A stretch of 64,000 nt of DNA from Octopus sinensis (GCF_006345805.1 NC_043006.1:75578001-75642000), one strand, 5' to 3'. Shown: positions 36,456 through 50,129, counted from the stretch's first letter. Program-made: numbers and translations. The notes: generated by a model from the sequence alone, not told the origin.

Positions 36456-36720
36456 ATGAGAGAGTATTAGTGCGTATGAGAGGTCTGGACGTGTGTATGT
36501 ATAGGGTTGTGTGGGTAGGTATTAGTATGTATTAGTATGTATTAGTACGTATTAGTATGTATAAGTGTGTGTGGTGCGTGTGTATGAGAGAGTATAAGTG
36601 CGTATGAGAGGTCTGGACGTGTGTATGTATAGGGTTGGTGTATGTATTAGTATGTATTAGTATGTATTAGTACGTATTAGTATGTATTAGTTGGTGTATG
36701 TATTAGTATGGCACATCATA
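36331..36720. repeat. Three copies of a ~54-bp unit separated by (GT)n and (GTATTAGTAT)n
   Basis: tatgagagagtattagtgcgtatgagaggtctggacgtgtgtatgtatagggttg starts at 36331, 36455 and 36583. Confidence 0.9.
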
Positions 36721-37765
36721 TATGATGTGATGTGTAAAGTCGTGTGGTGTAGTGTGGAGGGAGGGAGAGGAGAAGAGGGGGAAGTGGGAAAAAGAGGGGG
36801 ATGAGAGGAGGGGGAGAGGGGGAGGAGGAGGGGAGGAGGAAGGAGGAGGAAAGAGGGAGAGGGGGAGAGAGAAGGAGAGTGAGGGAGCAGAGGAAGGGGA
36901 AGAGGGAAGGAGGGAGGGAGAAAGAGGGAAGAAGGGAAGGGGAGTAGGGGTAGTGAAAGGATGAAGGACTGAAAGTAGGGGTCGGGGGGGGGTAGGTGAG
37001 TGGGAGGGGAGGGGGTTAGATGAGGAGGGGGGAGAGTTGAGACCAAATGGCGTATAAGAGCGAAGAGAGAGAAGATTAATTCCTGTTCACGGCGCAACGG
37101 GAATCCGGATGGCCTCTGTGTAAGGACAAACCGAACACAGATAGGTGTTGCAAGGAGTGACCGGTGGAGCGGAAATGGCGTGAGACCGGTGTGTCGTTCG
37201 CAAGGTGGATGTCACGAAGCTGTTCCGCGAAACGGTCAGCCAAGCGGCGTCCCGTTGTCCGATGTACAAGGAATGGCAGAGAGAGCAAGAGACGCAATAG
37301 ATAATATTGCTGGGAGGTGCAGGTGAAGGAGTGGATGATGGGATAGGGTCGATGGTGGGTGCTAGTGAGGAGGGTGGTGTTGGAGAGGTAAGGGCAAGTG
37401 CGGCAACGTGGGCGGGAGCAGGGGAACGAGCCGGGTTGGGAGGTAGGGTCAGGGAAGGAGCTATGGACCAAAAGGTCTCGAAGGTTGTGGGCTCGTTTGA
37501 AAGAGGGGAGGGGTCGGTTAGGGAAGAGGTGTGAAGTGGACGGGTCGGACTGAGATGACGGAAAGCTCGAGAATGTGCGTTGGAGAGGTAGGGTCGTGGG
37601 GTGGTAAGTGAGGGGAAAAGGGAGGCGGGAGACTACAGGGCGGGTTCGGGGAGAGAGAGCAGATACACGGTCCACGGACCGTGCTCTGGCAAGGGCGGTG
37701 TGGATAGTGGTGAGGGGGTATCCACGTAGGATATAGATATATATATTATATATATATATATACAT

Positions 37766-37814
<49 letters not shown>

Positions 37815-38149
37815 GATATATATATATATATATATACATATATATACATACAACCATATTCCTCATTTTCTATAAGTTACTTCCTTTTCCTCTTTTACAC
37901 CTGTACGTATTTGATGCCCAACCGTAGGAACATATTGAAGGAATCTAGTCGATCATATCAACCCAGTATTATTTCACTCTGCTTCATAGTGTATTGATAT
38001 CTACCGAAATACTTGTTTACGATCTAACAAGAAAAGAAACGACAAAACAGACCCACAACTCACACACATATATACAGAAACACATATATTAATCCATACA
38101 CAGACACACAAACACACAAATACACATGCGTGCGTGCGTGCCTACCTAC

Positions 38150-38318
38150 CTACCTATGTTTATATATGTGTGTATCTATTTATCTCTCTATCTATTATCT
38201 ATCTATCTTCTATCTATATCTCATTATATCTATCTATCATACCTATCTATCTATCTATCTATACCTATCTATCTCCATCTATCCTATCTATCTATCTATC
38301 TTATCCCATCATTATCTA

Positions 38319-38349
<31 letters not shown>

Positions 38350-38449
38350 ATCTATCTATCTATCTACATCATCTATCTATCATCTATCTATCTATCTATC
38401 TAACTATCATCTATCTATCTATACTATCTATCACAATCTAGCATCTATC

Positions 38450-38480
<31 letters not shown>

Positions 38481-38499
38481 ATCTATTACTCTATCTATC

Positions 38500-38530
<31 letters not shown>

Positions 38531-38615
38531 CATCTATCATCTATCTATCTATCTATCTATCTATCTATATCATATCTATCTATATATATCTATTATTATC
38601 TATCTATCTATCTAC
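38150..38615. repeat. Long degenerate (ATCT)n microsatellite
   Basis: Seen directly; source of the 222-aa YLSI ORF. Confidence 0.95.
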
Positions 38616-38631
38616 ACACACACACACACAT

Positions 38632-38670
<39 letters not shown>

Positions 38671-39601
38671 CATACATAATATATGTTTGTATGTGTGTGT
38701 CTGTGTGTGTAAATATGACTCGAGCATTGTTTCTATCAACCAAATTTTGCCGACAGGGGTCCTCCATCAGTTCAAGTTGTCTGTACATCTCTAGTCCAAA
38801 GTTTCCGGCTTTGTGCTGGGTAAGAAAGAATTAGCGGACAACAGGTGCAGTTCGGAAGTAAAAAGTCGAGCAACATTCAGTATTAGAAGAAATACAATGA
38901 ACGATAATTGAAAAATCGATGAATTCTATAATTAGTTCATAATTTTTTTTTATGTACACGTATCTTTCTACAAAGCCTATAGTCTATATCAACGCACAAT
39001 CAGTCTCTTAAAACATCCTCCAGCTGATCGAGGTTGTTTGTTTTCAACAGTCTCTGATTCTTGTAGTTTATGACGCTATGTTTAACCTGTTAAATAGCCA
39101 TCAGAAATGTCGAAGATAGAAGATTGATAAAATATCATTACAGTCTGAAAGATCTAGTGACATTTTCGTAAACAAATACGGACTATTGTCAATGATGCGT
39201 TTACACTTGTTGGTAGTTTCATCTTGGGGGAAAATAAGTGAGAAGAAAAGTCCAGTGGATTAATATGAAGGAAGTAACTTAAAAACGTAATTGTATTTGC
39301 CAGGTTAGAGCCTGTAGACGTCAAGTTAATCAACATTCTTCAACAGAATCTTTTGTTGTTTATACCGTTCTTGTCGTTTTAGTACTAATTCAAACATGAT
39401 CAAGTAAAGCTATGATTAAAGATATGCAAATCACAAATATTCCGTCTGTTTCTCATGCATATTGTATGTAGCTTTGACAACATCATTTCAAGTATTCGTT
39501 TTTCAAAGACGTTTGGGTGTGAATCGAACGGGCTTCTATTTCTAGCCAGTCGTACGACCATGCAGAGGCTCTCTTCTAGTGATAAATATATATATGTATA
39601 T

Positions 39602-39828
39602 ACTTCTTTACTACCCACAAGGGGCTAAACACAGAGAGGACAAACAAGGACAGATCGATTATGTCGATCACTTCGATCCCAGTGCGTAACTGGTACTTAA
39701 TTTATCGACCCCGAAAGGATGAAAGGCAAAGTCGACCCCGGCGGAATTTGAACTCGGAACGTAACGACAGACGAAATACGGCCACGCATTTCGCCCGGCG
39801 TGCTAACGTTTCTGCCAGCTCGCCGCCT
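39602..39828 (-). mobile_element. SINE family B, full length
   Basis: Ends tctgccagctcgccgcc (head); colinear with 10796-11030. Confidence 0.9.
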
Positions 39829-41507
39829 TCTGGTGATAAATATATATAATTGTCGTTATTTTTTGTTGCTTAGCACCAGGTTAAGGATGTTGTTACCATT
39901 CAACCTTGTATAAAGGCTATGTAAGACTGCAGTTATCCAATCATTCTATATATTCTTTAACACCAACAGGCGGTAGGATGTTAGTTAAGGAATATTTAGA
40001 TGCTATATTCCCAATGTGGATGAGGTTTGGTAACCTTAGTGATGCTTTTTTTTTTATGGAATTTAGAAAAGGAATCAGAACAAATATACGTATTATATTT
40101 TTGTATTCGAACCAGGGCCCCAGACGGCTTTTATTCCTGTTCTGCATTCTTTACATTCTAAGTACATTCATCAATAATACTTTCCCGTTTGCAAATTTAA
40201 TTTTATCTTCTTGTTATATATCTCATAATAAGTAGTTGTGTGCTAAAAGGAGTCGCTAAAGCATACAAAGTGCTGCCGAATATTATTACTGTCCTCATTT
40301 ATAGGGGAAATAGCTATTCACCTATAAACAGCATTATGAATACAAAATTTTGGATTGTTAAATATATGTTGCCATATAGCTTTTCACACGTCGAAGAGTG
40401 TGGTGTACAGGATAATTGTAAAGCAGAAAGGAAAAAAAAAAAAAACAGAATAGGGGGTAAGGTATTTATTATGGAGCAATTTTGCGTTGCAATTTAATCT
40501 CATTCACACATTCTTTGTCTTTATCGATCTACATATTCTGTGTTTATCTTTATATGCCTAGATGAACAGAAATACACATTCTTATACTCACACACGGTTT
40601 CACAGTTACCCAGAAACACATAGCTACACATAAATACATAGATACATACACACACAAACATACAAACACACACAAATACACACACACACACACAAAAAAA
40701 AACACCACAAATAGCATACCTATTAATACATATATGGTCTCAGATTTAAGATCTTGTATATTGACCGTTCCATTCATACATGAGGGCACAAACCATGCTA
40801 CCTCCTTTTATACTTAAATTCTAAAATGGTAATGGTATCGAATATATGCGAACGCGCGTGGACTTGTGGTCGTTTATATATATGTGTGTGTGTGTTAAAG
40901 GATACTCACACACACGCATACACACACAGTTACGCAAACACAGACACACATACATATACAGATATATACACACTAGTGTGAGAGAGAGAGAGAGAGAGAG
41001 AGTGAGTAAAATACTAAAGAAAATAAATATTAAAGTAATGCAAATCTAACTAGCAGTGCTTGCACGTACAACATATAAACAAGTATAAGCGTATAAATAT
41101 ATTTAGGTATATATAAACGTATACATTTATATTTGCAGATGTGTGTATGTATATAAATGCATATCCATGTCTAACTATGTATGTATGGATGTATGTAAGT
41201 ATATATGGTTGTATTTACATATGCATGTATATACGTACCTATCTATCTATGTCTATATAAATATATATATATGTATATATATATGTATATACATACATAC
41301 AGACATACATGATTACAAGAGAGGATGCTGAAGGAAAACACCTTAGGGAAACATTGCTACACGTATCTAATGATTACTTAGATCTCCTCTGAGATTTATA
41401 TTCTTCAGCTGCAATCATATGGAATTGAATTATACTCCATCCACTGGTGTATACATATATACATACACACATTCCATACAAACATACATGTGTAAATATA
41501 TATATAA

Positions 41508-41588
<81 letters not shown>

Positions 41589-41624
41589 AATATATACATA
41601 CACACACATACACCCCTGAGGTAT

Positions 41625-41900
41625 TGATTAAACCCAGCAGACTACTCTTGTGATATCTACATCTCCTGGCACTGATTGCTTTTGTTATCCAATAGGGTTA
41701 CTGGTTCAGTGTGAGTAAAGCATCGAATATCACGTGCTAGCTGTCACCAATTTTCTGCCACAGAACATTTGTTTATATAGAGTTATTATAGTGTATGTTG
41801 TTTGCACCAATTACTTGTAGAACTTTACTGGAGTAGGTATAACACGCCAAGATCAAGAATCCTAATAATTTCGCCATGACCTTCAGATATACTGGTTTGT
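41625..41900 (-). mobile_element. Possible degenerate CR1/L2-type RT fragment
   Basis: ILDLGVL...LARDIRCF resembles KDLGV...I.R.F. Confidence 0.3.
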
Positions 41901-41944
41901 TCAGTCTTTCTGTCTGCCTCTCTCTCTCTCCCCTCTCTCTCTCC

Positions 41945-41999
<55 letters not shown>

Positions 42000-42060
42000 T
42001 TTATATATATATTTAATACAGACACATGTATACATAACACACACACACACATACACACAA

Positions 42061-42091
<31 letters not shown>

Positions 42092-42359
42092 AATGTTTGC
42101 CTATTTACATATGTTGTGTATGTTGCTGTGTGTATATAAATCTATGTATACCTATGCATACATACATACATGCATACATACATACATACATACATACATA
42201 CATACATACATACATACATGCATGCATGCATGCATGCATACATACATACATACATATATACATACATACATACATACATACATTCATACATACATACATA
42301 CATGCATACATACATACATACATACATACATACATACTTGCATATGTGTATATTCTTAT

Positions 42360-42650
42360 ATTCCTTTATTCTTTTACTTGTTTCAGTCATTTGATTACGG
42401 CCATGCTGGAGCAGCGCCTTTTATCGAACAAATCGACTTCAGGACTAATCCTTTGTAACCTTAGTAATTATTCTATCGGACTCCTTTGCCGAACTGCTAA
42501 TTTACGAGACGTAAACACAGCAGTATCGGTTGTCAAGCGATGTTGGATGTGGGGACAAAGACAGATAAATGCACCCCCCCCCCCCCGCACGGGCGCACAA
42601 CACACACATACATATATATATGACGGGCTTCTTTCAGCTTCGTCTATCAA
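42360..42650 (-). mobile_element. SINE family A, partial
   Basis: Tail and mid-region match. Confidence 0.75.
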
Positions 42651-42675
42651 ATCCTTTCACAATACTTATATATAG

Positions 42676-42738
<63 letters not shown>

Positions 42739-42782
42739 ACATATACATATATATACATATACATATATATATATAATATATA

Positions 42783-42817
<35 letters not shown>

Positions 42818-43199
42818 ACACATATACAAATACATATATAAAATCACACATCCATAGACGTATAATAATGTGTCCATTTACATTGATTTATATATAAATA
42901 TATGTAAGTGTGTGTGCTTGAGTGTGTGTGGGGTTGGTGGATGTATTTGTATGTATGCATAAACAAATAAGTACTTTGATACTTTCTCTGGTGGATAAGT
43001 CTGCCGATTAGTCCGACGATTAATTTTCACCCTGTTGCTGTAGAGAAGTCCAGTTTTTAGCTGCCTGTATTTTAGTTATATGGTCAGTGCTAGCTGTCCA
43101 TTTTGGTTTCGCAACAGTTTATGCATATGTAACGTACGAGTGTTAGAGCGCTTGTGAATCTCTCGATATATATATATATAATATATATATATATATATT

Positions 43200-43350
43200 A
43201 TAACCGTTATGTTATGGGGACAAACGCACGCGCGCACGCACACACACACACGTATATACATACACGACGGTTTTCTTTCAGTTTCCCTCTAGCGTATCCA
43301 TTCACATGGTTTTGGTTACCCGAGGGTATAGTAGAAGACACTTACCCATG
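43200..43350 (-). mobile_element. SINE family A, middle fragment
   Basis: ttctttcagtttcc...atccattcac...tagtagaagacactt. Confidence 0.55.
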
Positions 43351-43658
43351 GTGTGTATGTATGTACACACACACACACACACACACACACAACACACACA
43401 CACATACTCATACATATATGTATGTATATAAACGCATATCCGGGAGAAATTTTTCTATCTTTCTTCCGTACATGACCAGGAGAGAAGAAATATCTTTGAT
43501 TTAGAATCACAGTGGGGATTATTTTGTAATATTAAAATGTTTCAATTCTTTCCATCTATGCAGACAAAAATTTCACAAACACAAGAAAGAATATCGATGT
43601 TGCACGGACAACGGTCAGACGAAGAAAGAAGGAAAACGCTTGGCCGATAGAATAAAAG

Positions 43659-44032
43659 GCGCAGGAGTGACTTGCTTATCAACCACATGGTTACGGGTTC
43701 AGTCCCACTGCGTGGCACTTTGGGCAAGTGTCTTCTACTATAGCCTCAGGCCGACCAAAGCCTTGTGAGTGGATTTGGTAGACGGAAACTAAAACAAGCC
43801 CGTCGTATATATGTATATATATATGCGTATATGTTTGTTTGTCTGTGTTTGTCCCCCCAACACCACTTGGCAACCGATGCTGGTGTGTTTACGTCCCCGT
43901 AACCTAGCGGTTCGGTAAAAGAGACCGATAGAATAAGTACTAGGCTTACAAAAGAACAAGTCCTGGGGTCCATTTGCTCGACTAAAGGCGGTACTCTAGC
44001 ATGGCTACAATTAAATGACAGAAACAAGTAAA
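43659..44032 (+). mobile_element. SINE family A, full length, possible 10-bp TSD AGAATAAAAG
   Basis: Head ggcgcaggagtg; AGAATAAAAG at 43649-43658 and 44033-44042. Confidence 0.9.
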
Positions 44033-44042
44033 AGAATAAAAG

Positions 44043-44072
<30 letters not shown>

Positions 44073-44073
<1 letters not shown>

Positions 44074-45313
44074 GAGGGCGAGCTAAAATGTTCATAGGCA
44101 GACTATGAAAAAGTGATGCTTGGGCTCTGTAATCTTGCATGTATTCATTTCAACACTTTTTATTAGTAACTCCATTGTTTCTTTCCTGGTAAACTGACAT
44201 CTCACTGTTCAAAGAAAATCAAAGAAGTAGCTGGTAGCGATCTCACTTGAAAAGGAGCAAAATCTGGCAATAGGGTTCTATCAATTACCTACAGAGAAAA
44301 GGTGTAGCACCCAAGGACATTCATTCTGTTATGGTTGCTACATTAAGGGATGACGCATCAGCTTCCTCAACAGTGTAAAAGTGGGTTGCTGAATTTAGCA
44401 GAACGGAGAGTCTTGATAACTCATGTTCAGGACGTCCTGAACTGTCCCCACCGAGGAAAATACTGACCCTGTTCACCAAACGGTGATGAATGACAGGCGA
44501 TTGACTATAATCAATCGCCTGTCATTCATCACCGTGAAATAGCTCGTGAAATTTGAGAATATTCTGTACAATGAACTTGGCATGACGAAGGTTTCTGCTC
44601 GGTGGGTGCCAAGTTTTCTGACACGTGATCAGAAGTGCACCAAGCGGATTACATCATGGGGAACGCTGATATTGCTTGAGGTAGATCCAACTAATGTCCT
44701 TGAACGCCTCCCAATCCAGGATGAGTGCTTGGTCTATCACATTGAACCAGATGTAAAGAGACAGTGCGTGCAATGGAAAGTCTTCCTCGCCTGCTCCAAA
44801 GTCGTGATGGCCTCAGCACTGTGTTTATTGACAATCTTGGAAAGGGTTATACCATCATTTGAGAGTACTTGGTATACTTTCTCAGGTAGCTACGAAAGGT
44901 TATCAAGACCAGGCACCCAGGAAAACTGACGAAAAAGGACTTGTTTCATCAAAAAAATGCTCCAGAACACAGATCCTTGTTTTCAATGGCTGCTGTGTGT
45001 GATTTTAACTGGTTGATCATCCTCCTTATTCTCCTGATTTGGTCCCCTCTAACAACCACCTATTCTTCAAAAATGGAAAAACACTTGGCTGAGAACCAGT
45101 AGCGCAGTGATGGTGACGTCATATATGTAGCTGATGATTGTTTTGACTAACATAATGAAATCCTCTTCACCAATGGGAGCCAAGCTCTGCCACAGTGATA
45201 GAAGAAATATGTGAACCGCAAGGTGGACTAAGCTCCAAGATGGACTAAAACTCCTTTGGCCATACTCGACAAGAATATCTTGACCAGCTTATGAAATTTT
45301 CAGCAGATCCACG
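44073..45313 (+). mobile_element. Near full-length degenerate mariner
   Basis: TA-flanked degenerate TIRs. KGVAPKDIHSVMVATLRDD..STV*KWVAEF..SGRP; LGMTKVSARWVP..LT.DQK; and an HPPYSPDL-like segment near 45017-45045. Confidence 0.85.
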
Positions 45314-46287
45314 TATATATAGTATATACAATATATTACACACACACACACACGCAAATACTTACATATGTATATGTTTATATATCTATGTTATCTATAT
45401 AAAAGTATGTTTATGTATAGAGAGTGGTTGCGCCCATACATGTGTATGCGTGTGTGTATGTGTATGTATGTGTGTATGCCTATATATAGATATATGCAAT
45501 CTCCCCAATACACAAATATAGAAATACGCACATACATTTAGTTACACTCGCATAAAAAACTAGTTACAAGTAATATGAAAGAAAAAAATTGCAAAGCATG
45601 CTCGACCGTCACAAAATATGCTAAATTATCAATAGCTATCATGTTGTGATTTAATGTTGTCAATGACGCAGTACAGCAAAATACGTAAAGGCATTATAGC
45701 CCTCAACCCTCTCCCAAACTGCTGTATTCCAATCGTGTAAAGAGCCGGTTCACAGCTGTTGTGTAGGCGGGCATGTTAACCGCTGGGCTATTTCAATTAA
45801 GCTGCAACCTTTAGACAGATAGCTTGGCAGGCTGGCTGATAGATAAAATTGGAAACGTCGATGGATTGATTGATCGATCGCTCATTCATTCGTTTCGTTC
45901 GGTCGCGGTCGATCGATAAAAGTGTAGAACTACTGGATACTTAAAGATAAATCTGTCAATTGGCTTCTAAATTAGATGTTCAGCACAACCCAAAATATTT
46001 TGTATGTGTGTCCGTACATAAGGATGTGTTTAGTATTCACCAGTCTGCGTGGTTTGAAGTCAATGTCTGTTGGCTGCTTGCTGTTTCTGTTTCTCACGCT
46101 CTCCTCTCTCTCGCTCTCCATCTCTCTCTCTATCTCTCTCTCTCTCTCCCCTATTTCTTCCTCTCATTTTGTCTTTCTCACTCACTCCCTCTTTCTTTCT
46201 ATCACTCATTTTTATTGAACTGTTCAGCAAATGCGCACACATTTTGTACGTGAACACACACACACATACATATAAATATACATATGC

Positions 46288-46335
<48 letters not shown>

Positions 46336-46474
46336 ATCAAAATAAGCAACAAGAATAACTTCTTGTTGCTTATTTTGATTATAATCAACCATGGATTTAT
46401 ATGGATAACACCATACAGAATTCTGGTGCATCTAACTTAAGTACCATATTCATTTGAATCTAAATTTTGCTGAA

Positions 46475-46544
<70 letters not shown>

Positions 46545-46547
46545 TTC

Positions 46548-46967
46548 AGAGACCGATAGAATAAGTACTAAGCTTACAAGAATAGGTCCTGGGGTCGATT
46601 TGCTTGACTAAAGGCGGTGCTCCGGCATGGCCACAGTCACATGACTGAAACAAGTAAAGAGCAAAGTGTATACACATACATACATATATACAGGCATACA
46701 TACATACGTTCAGGAAATGCGCACACATTTTGTACGCGAACGCATAAACACACACCACAGATATATGTGTGTTTATGCGTTCTCGTCAAAATGTGTGCGC
46801 ATTTCCTGAACGTAATGTAGTCTTGTATTATGTATGTTGTGTATATACACTTGCTCTTTACTTGTTTCAGTCATGTGACTGTGCCATGCCGGAGCACCGC
46901 CTTTAGTCAAGCAAATCGACCCCAGGACCTATTCTTTGTAAGCTTAGTACTTATTCTATCGGTCTCT
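46548..46967. repeat. ~420-bp fold-back (quasi-palindrome) centred near 46760, including a SINE A 3' end
   Basis: The arms share private SINE variants and non-SINE flank; the loop is about 11-13 nt. Confidence 0.9.
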
Positions 46968-47097
46968 TTTGCCGAACCGCTAGGTTACGGGGACGCAAAC
47001 ACACAAGCATCGGTTGTCAAGCGATGTTGGGGGACAAACACAGACACACAAACATACACACACACATACATACATACATACCTAAATACATACATAC

Positions 47098-47144
<47 letters not shown>

Positions 47145-47185
47145 TGTATGTATATATATAAATATATACGACGAGCTTCTTTCAG
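46855..47185 (-). mobile_element. SINE family A (head missing)
   Basis: Tail, linker and part of the 5' half match. Confidence 0.85.
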
Positions 47186-47224
47186 TTTTACTTATTTAAA
47201 AAAGATTTTCAAAAGTAAAGTGAG

Positions 47225-47920
47225 AAGCTATGTGTACCTCAGTGATGATCAACAATTATTTTACTAATGTATTCAAATCAAGTGAAGAGTCCTTGACAAT
47301 GATAATAACAGTTTTTGAGGCTTGTGTATCCTCAGTGATGAGTCAACAATACATATGTATTCAATCAAGTGATAGAGTCCTTGACAATGATAAGAACACA
47401 GTTTTGAGGCTTTGTGTATCCTCAGGATGAGTCAAACAATTATTTTACATAATGTATTCAAACCAAGTGATAGAGTCCTTGACAATGATAAGAACAGTTT
47501 TGAGGCTTTGTGTATCCTCAGTGATGAGTCAAACAATTATTTTACATAAATGTATTCAAATCAAGTGATAGAGTCCTTGACAATGATAAGAACAGTTTTG
47601 AGGCTTTGTGTATCCTCAGTGATGAGTCAAACAATTATTTTACATAAATATTAAATCAAGTGATAGAGTCCTGACAATGATAAGAACATTTTGAGGCTTT
47701 GTGTATCCTCAGTGATGATCAAACATTATTTTACATAAATGTATTCAAATCAAGTGATAGAGTCCTTGACAATGATAAGAACAGTTTTGAGGCTTTGTGT
47801 ATCCTCAGTGATGAGTCAAACAATTATTTTACATAAATGTATTCAAATCAAGTGATAGAGTCCTTGACAATGATAAGAACAGTTTTGAGGCTTTGTGTAT
47901 CCTCAGTGATGAGTCAACAA
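47225..47920. repeat. 98-bp tandem satellite, ~7 copies
   Basis: The 'aagtga' anchor falls at 47280, 47367, 47465, 47563, 47658, 47752 and 47850. A decayed unit lies near 48010. Confidence 0.95.
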
Positions 47921-48384
47921 ATAGTTTAGTTAAAATCATTCAGATCTTGTAATACATTTTTTATAACGATAAGAAAATAAGAATTAGTTTACGTGAATAT
48001 ACCCCGATCAAGTAATAGAGTCTTTGACAAGAAGATAAAGCATGTCTGGTTTGTCAATCAGCGAGTGCTAAAGTTTTTAGTCTCACATATCATTTAATAT
48101 CTTTAATATCATTTAAAATCTGTATCCTTTTTCTCTTAGAATCGAAGATGGCTGGGTAGTCAGTCATTGTTATTACTTCGTTATCACTTTGTTAATTGAT
48201 AAATTTATTGGTTATTTCATATTCATTAATCATTGAATCATTGTTCGGGGTAGTATGGTATATGTCTTCTTACTTATATATACACATATATAATACGCCT
48301 ATTATTCATTTAATCATAAAATAAAAAAGTTTTAGGTTTGGCTTAATGAAAGTTTATTGGTTGATTGGTATATTTTCAATTGGT

Positions 48385-48510
48385 GTAAGCATGGCTGTGT
48401 GGTAATAAGCTGCTTCTAAGCCACTTGGTTTCGGATTCAATTCTGCTGCGAGGCACTTTGGGCAAGTTTGTTCCACAATAGACGGAACAGAAACTAAAAG
48501 AAACCCAGCG
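48385..48510 (+). mobile_element. SINE family A 5' half, degenerate
   Basis: atggctgtgtggtaa...ggattcaattctgctgcgaggcactttgggcaag. Confidence 0.65.
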
Positions 48511-48528
48511 TATATATATATATAATAT

Positions 48529-48575
<47 letters not shown>

Positions 48576-50078
48576 ATATATGTGTGTGTGTGTGTGTATT
48601 TATGTATATGGGGTGTCACGCTAATACATTCTATGTGCTTGTCCTTTTGTTTGTTATTTTTAATGTTCGTTTGTTCAGTTTGACTCTCTCTGTATACCTA
48701 TATCCATATCCATCTATCTATCATGCTTAAGGCAGTCAAGTATGGTTTGACTGCTATATCAGCAAATATATAGACCAGTTAGAGGTTCCCTTGTTGGCTT
48801 ATCAAACTATTTATAAATCACCTCAGTAATTCTTTGGCAGAAGTCAAAATCTTTTCTACAATTTATGTCACTTCTTAGCAACTTCCTTAACCGCAAGAAT
48901 GCACACCAGTACACACATAGACACATTCACACACACACATACACATACATGTATAACTCTATAAACACACATGTACACACACATATATATTGTTCTTTTG
49001 TGGCATCAATCTATAACCACATCAGACTCAATAATAAAATGCTAAAATTCAACAATTATCTCATGATTCCTTTTTCCAGATTATACCACAAACCATTTGA
49101 TTACAACTTACACTTGATTTGAAATTATTAATCCTCCGGCTTTAGCTGCAAAGAAGAACAGAGGCTGAGCTAAACTGCTTCTGCATATCATTGCTTAAAT
49201 TTAGCTTTCTGGCATTAGTAAACGATAATAGGAAATACATGTTTTGACGCTATCCACTCGACTGTACAATGAGCGTCGTATTTGTATTACATTTGTGCAT
49301 TCATGCCGTAAAGAAAATGACGGCTGTTTAAAGTTCAGTTTCTTAAGAACCAAATTGCATTTTAAGACTCCTTGTAGGAATTTTCTTATAGTTTCATAAT
49401 TTCTAAAAAAATCTTTCATTGATTTTACTGTTGTTATTCAGTATTTAATCTGCATAATATTACGTTGCTAAACTGTCCATTGACGGAGAAAAGATTGGAT
49501 GTAATCATTTTGTTTATATTTCTTTTTAGCTTTACACATTTTGATAATATTTGTTATGTTTTTCTCTGTAAATTCTAGCATTATATTATTCAGTTCATTA
49601 AAATGTGTATGAAAGAGATTACTTTAATTAGAAACCAGCTATCACATAGTACCGTCTTCGCGTTTAGAATTTATTTACTCATGAACAACTTACATAAAAT
49701 TAAACTGACGCAGAAGACATTTTAACAAATCTAGTTTTATAGGAAACTGGCTGAAAACATAAAGGCGCTGTATTGTTTGCTGAAAAACCCAATCATGTGA
49801 GTTATTAAGTTAAGGTTCCTTGGGAAAGCTACTACACATATTCCAACCCCATTCATCTCACAACACCTGAACATATCAATATCACGTGTGCAAAATCAAA
49901 ACCTTCCATCTCCTTATTGCTAGAGAAATAAACTAAATATAGGGAGATGTACTTGCATAGCGAGTGACCTGATCTGAGATCGTGTGCTGGAACGAAAACA
50001 ATTGCAGCGTGGAAGATGTTTGTAAGCCATTTAAGAAACACACAGAACCGTTAGATTCACTTCAACATTTAAATTTAG

Positions 50079-50129
50079 TTTGTCAAAATATTTTCGTCGC
50101 TTTCAGACCGCGACCTGTTCACTGACAAA
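50079..50129 (-). ncRNA. Minimal type-I hammerhead fold, G3-C8 variant, copy 2 (host repeat ~49950-50150)
   Basis: UUUGUCA-GUGAACA-G-GUCGC-GGUCUGAAA-GCGAC-GAAA-A-UA-UUU-UGACAAA. Confidence 0.7.

Larger units (their letters stand above)
36040..37732 (-). mobile_element. 5'-truncated Penelope-like element: RT thumb, Cys linker and GIY-YIG (37076-37732), repeat-rich 3' UTR, terminal HHR-like motif
   Basis: RGYP...RLPFPLTYHP...PLPSFKRAHNLRDLLVHS...PCSRPRCRTCP...FTCTS / (frameshift) YIGQ / TGRRLADRFAEQLRDI...PVSRHF. Confidence 0.9.

Noticed and set aside
36752-36964. Glu/Gly/Arg-rich and Pro-rich ORFs
   Set aside because: Low-complexity purine tract inside the PLE 3' UTR.
37307-37534. 75-aa plus-strand ORF
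   Set aside because: Antisense shadow of the PLE ORF.
39900-40500. Several 60-110 aa ORFs
   Set aside because: No recognisable motif; possibly a very old LINE, but not supportable.
47225-47920. CRISPR array
   Set aside because: Contiguous 98-bp units with no unique spacers and no cas genes, in a eukaryotic context.
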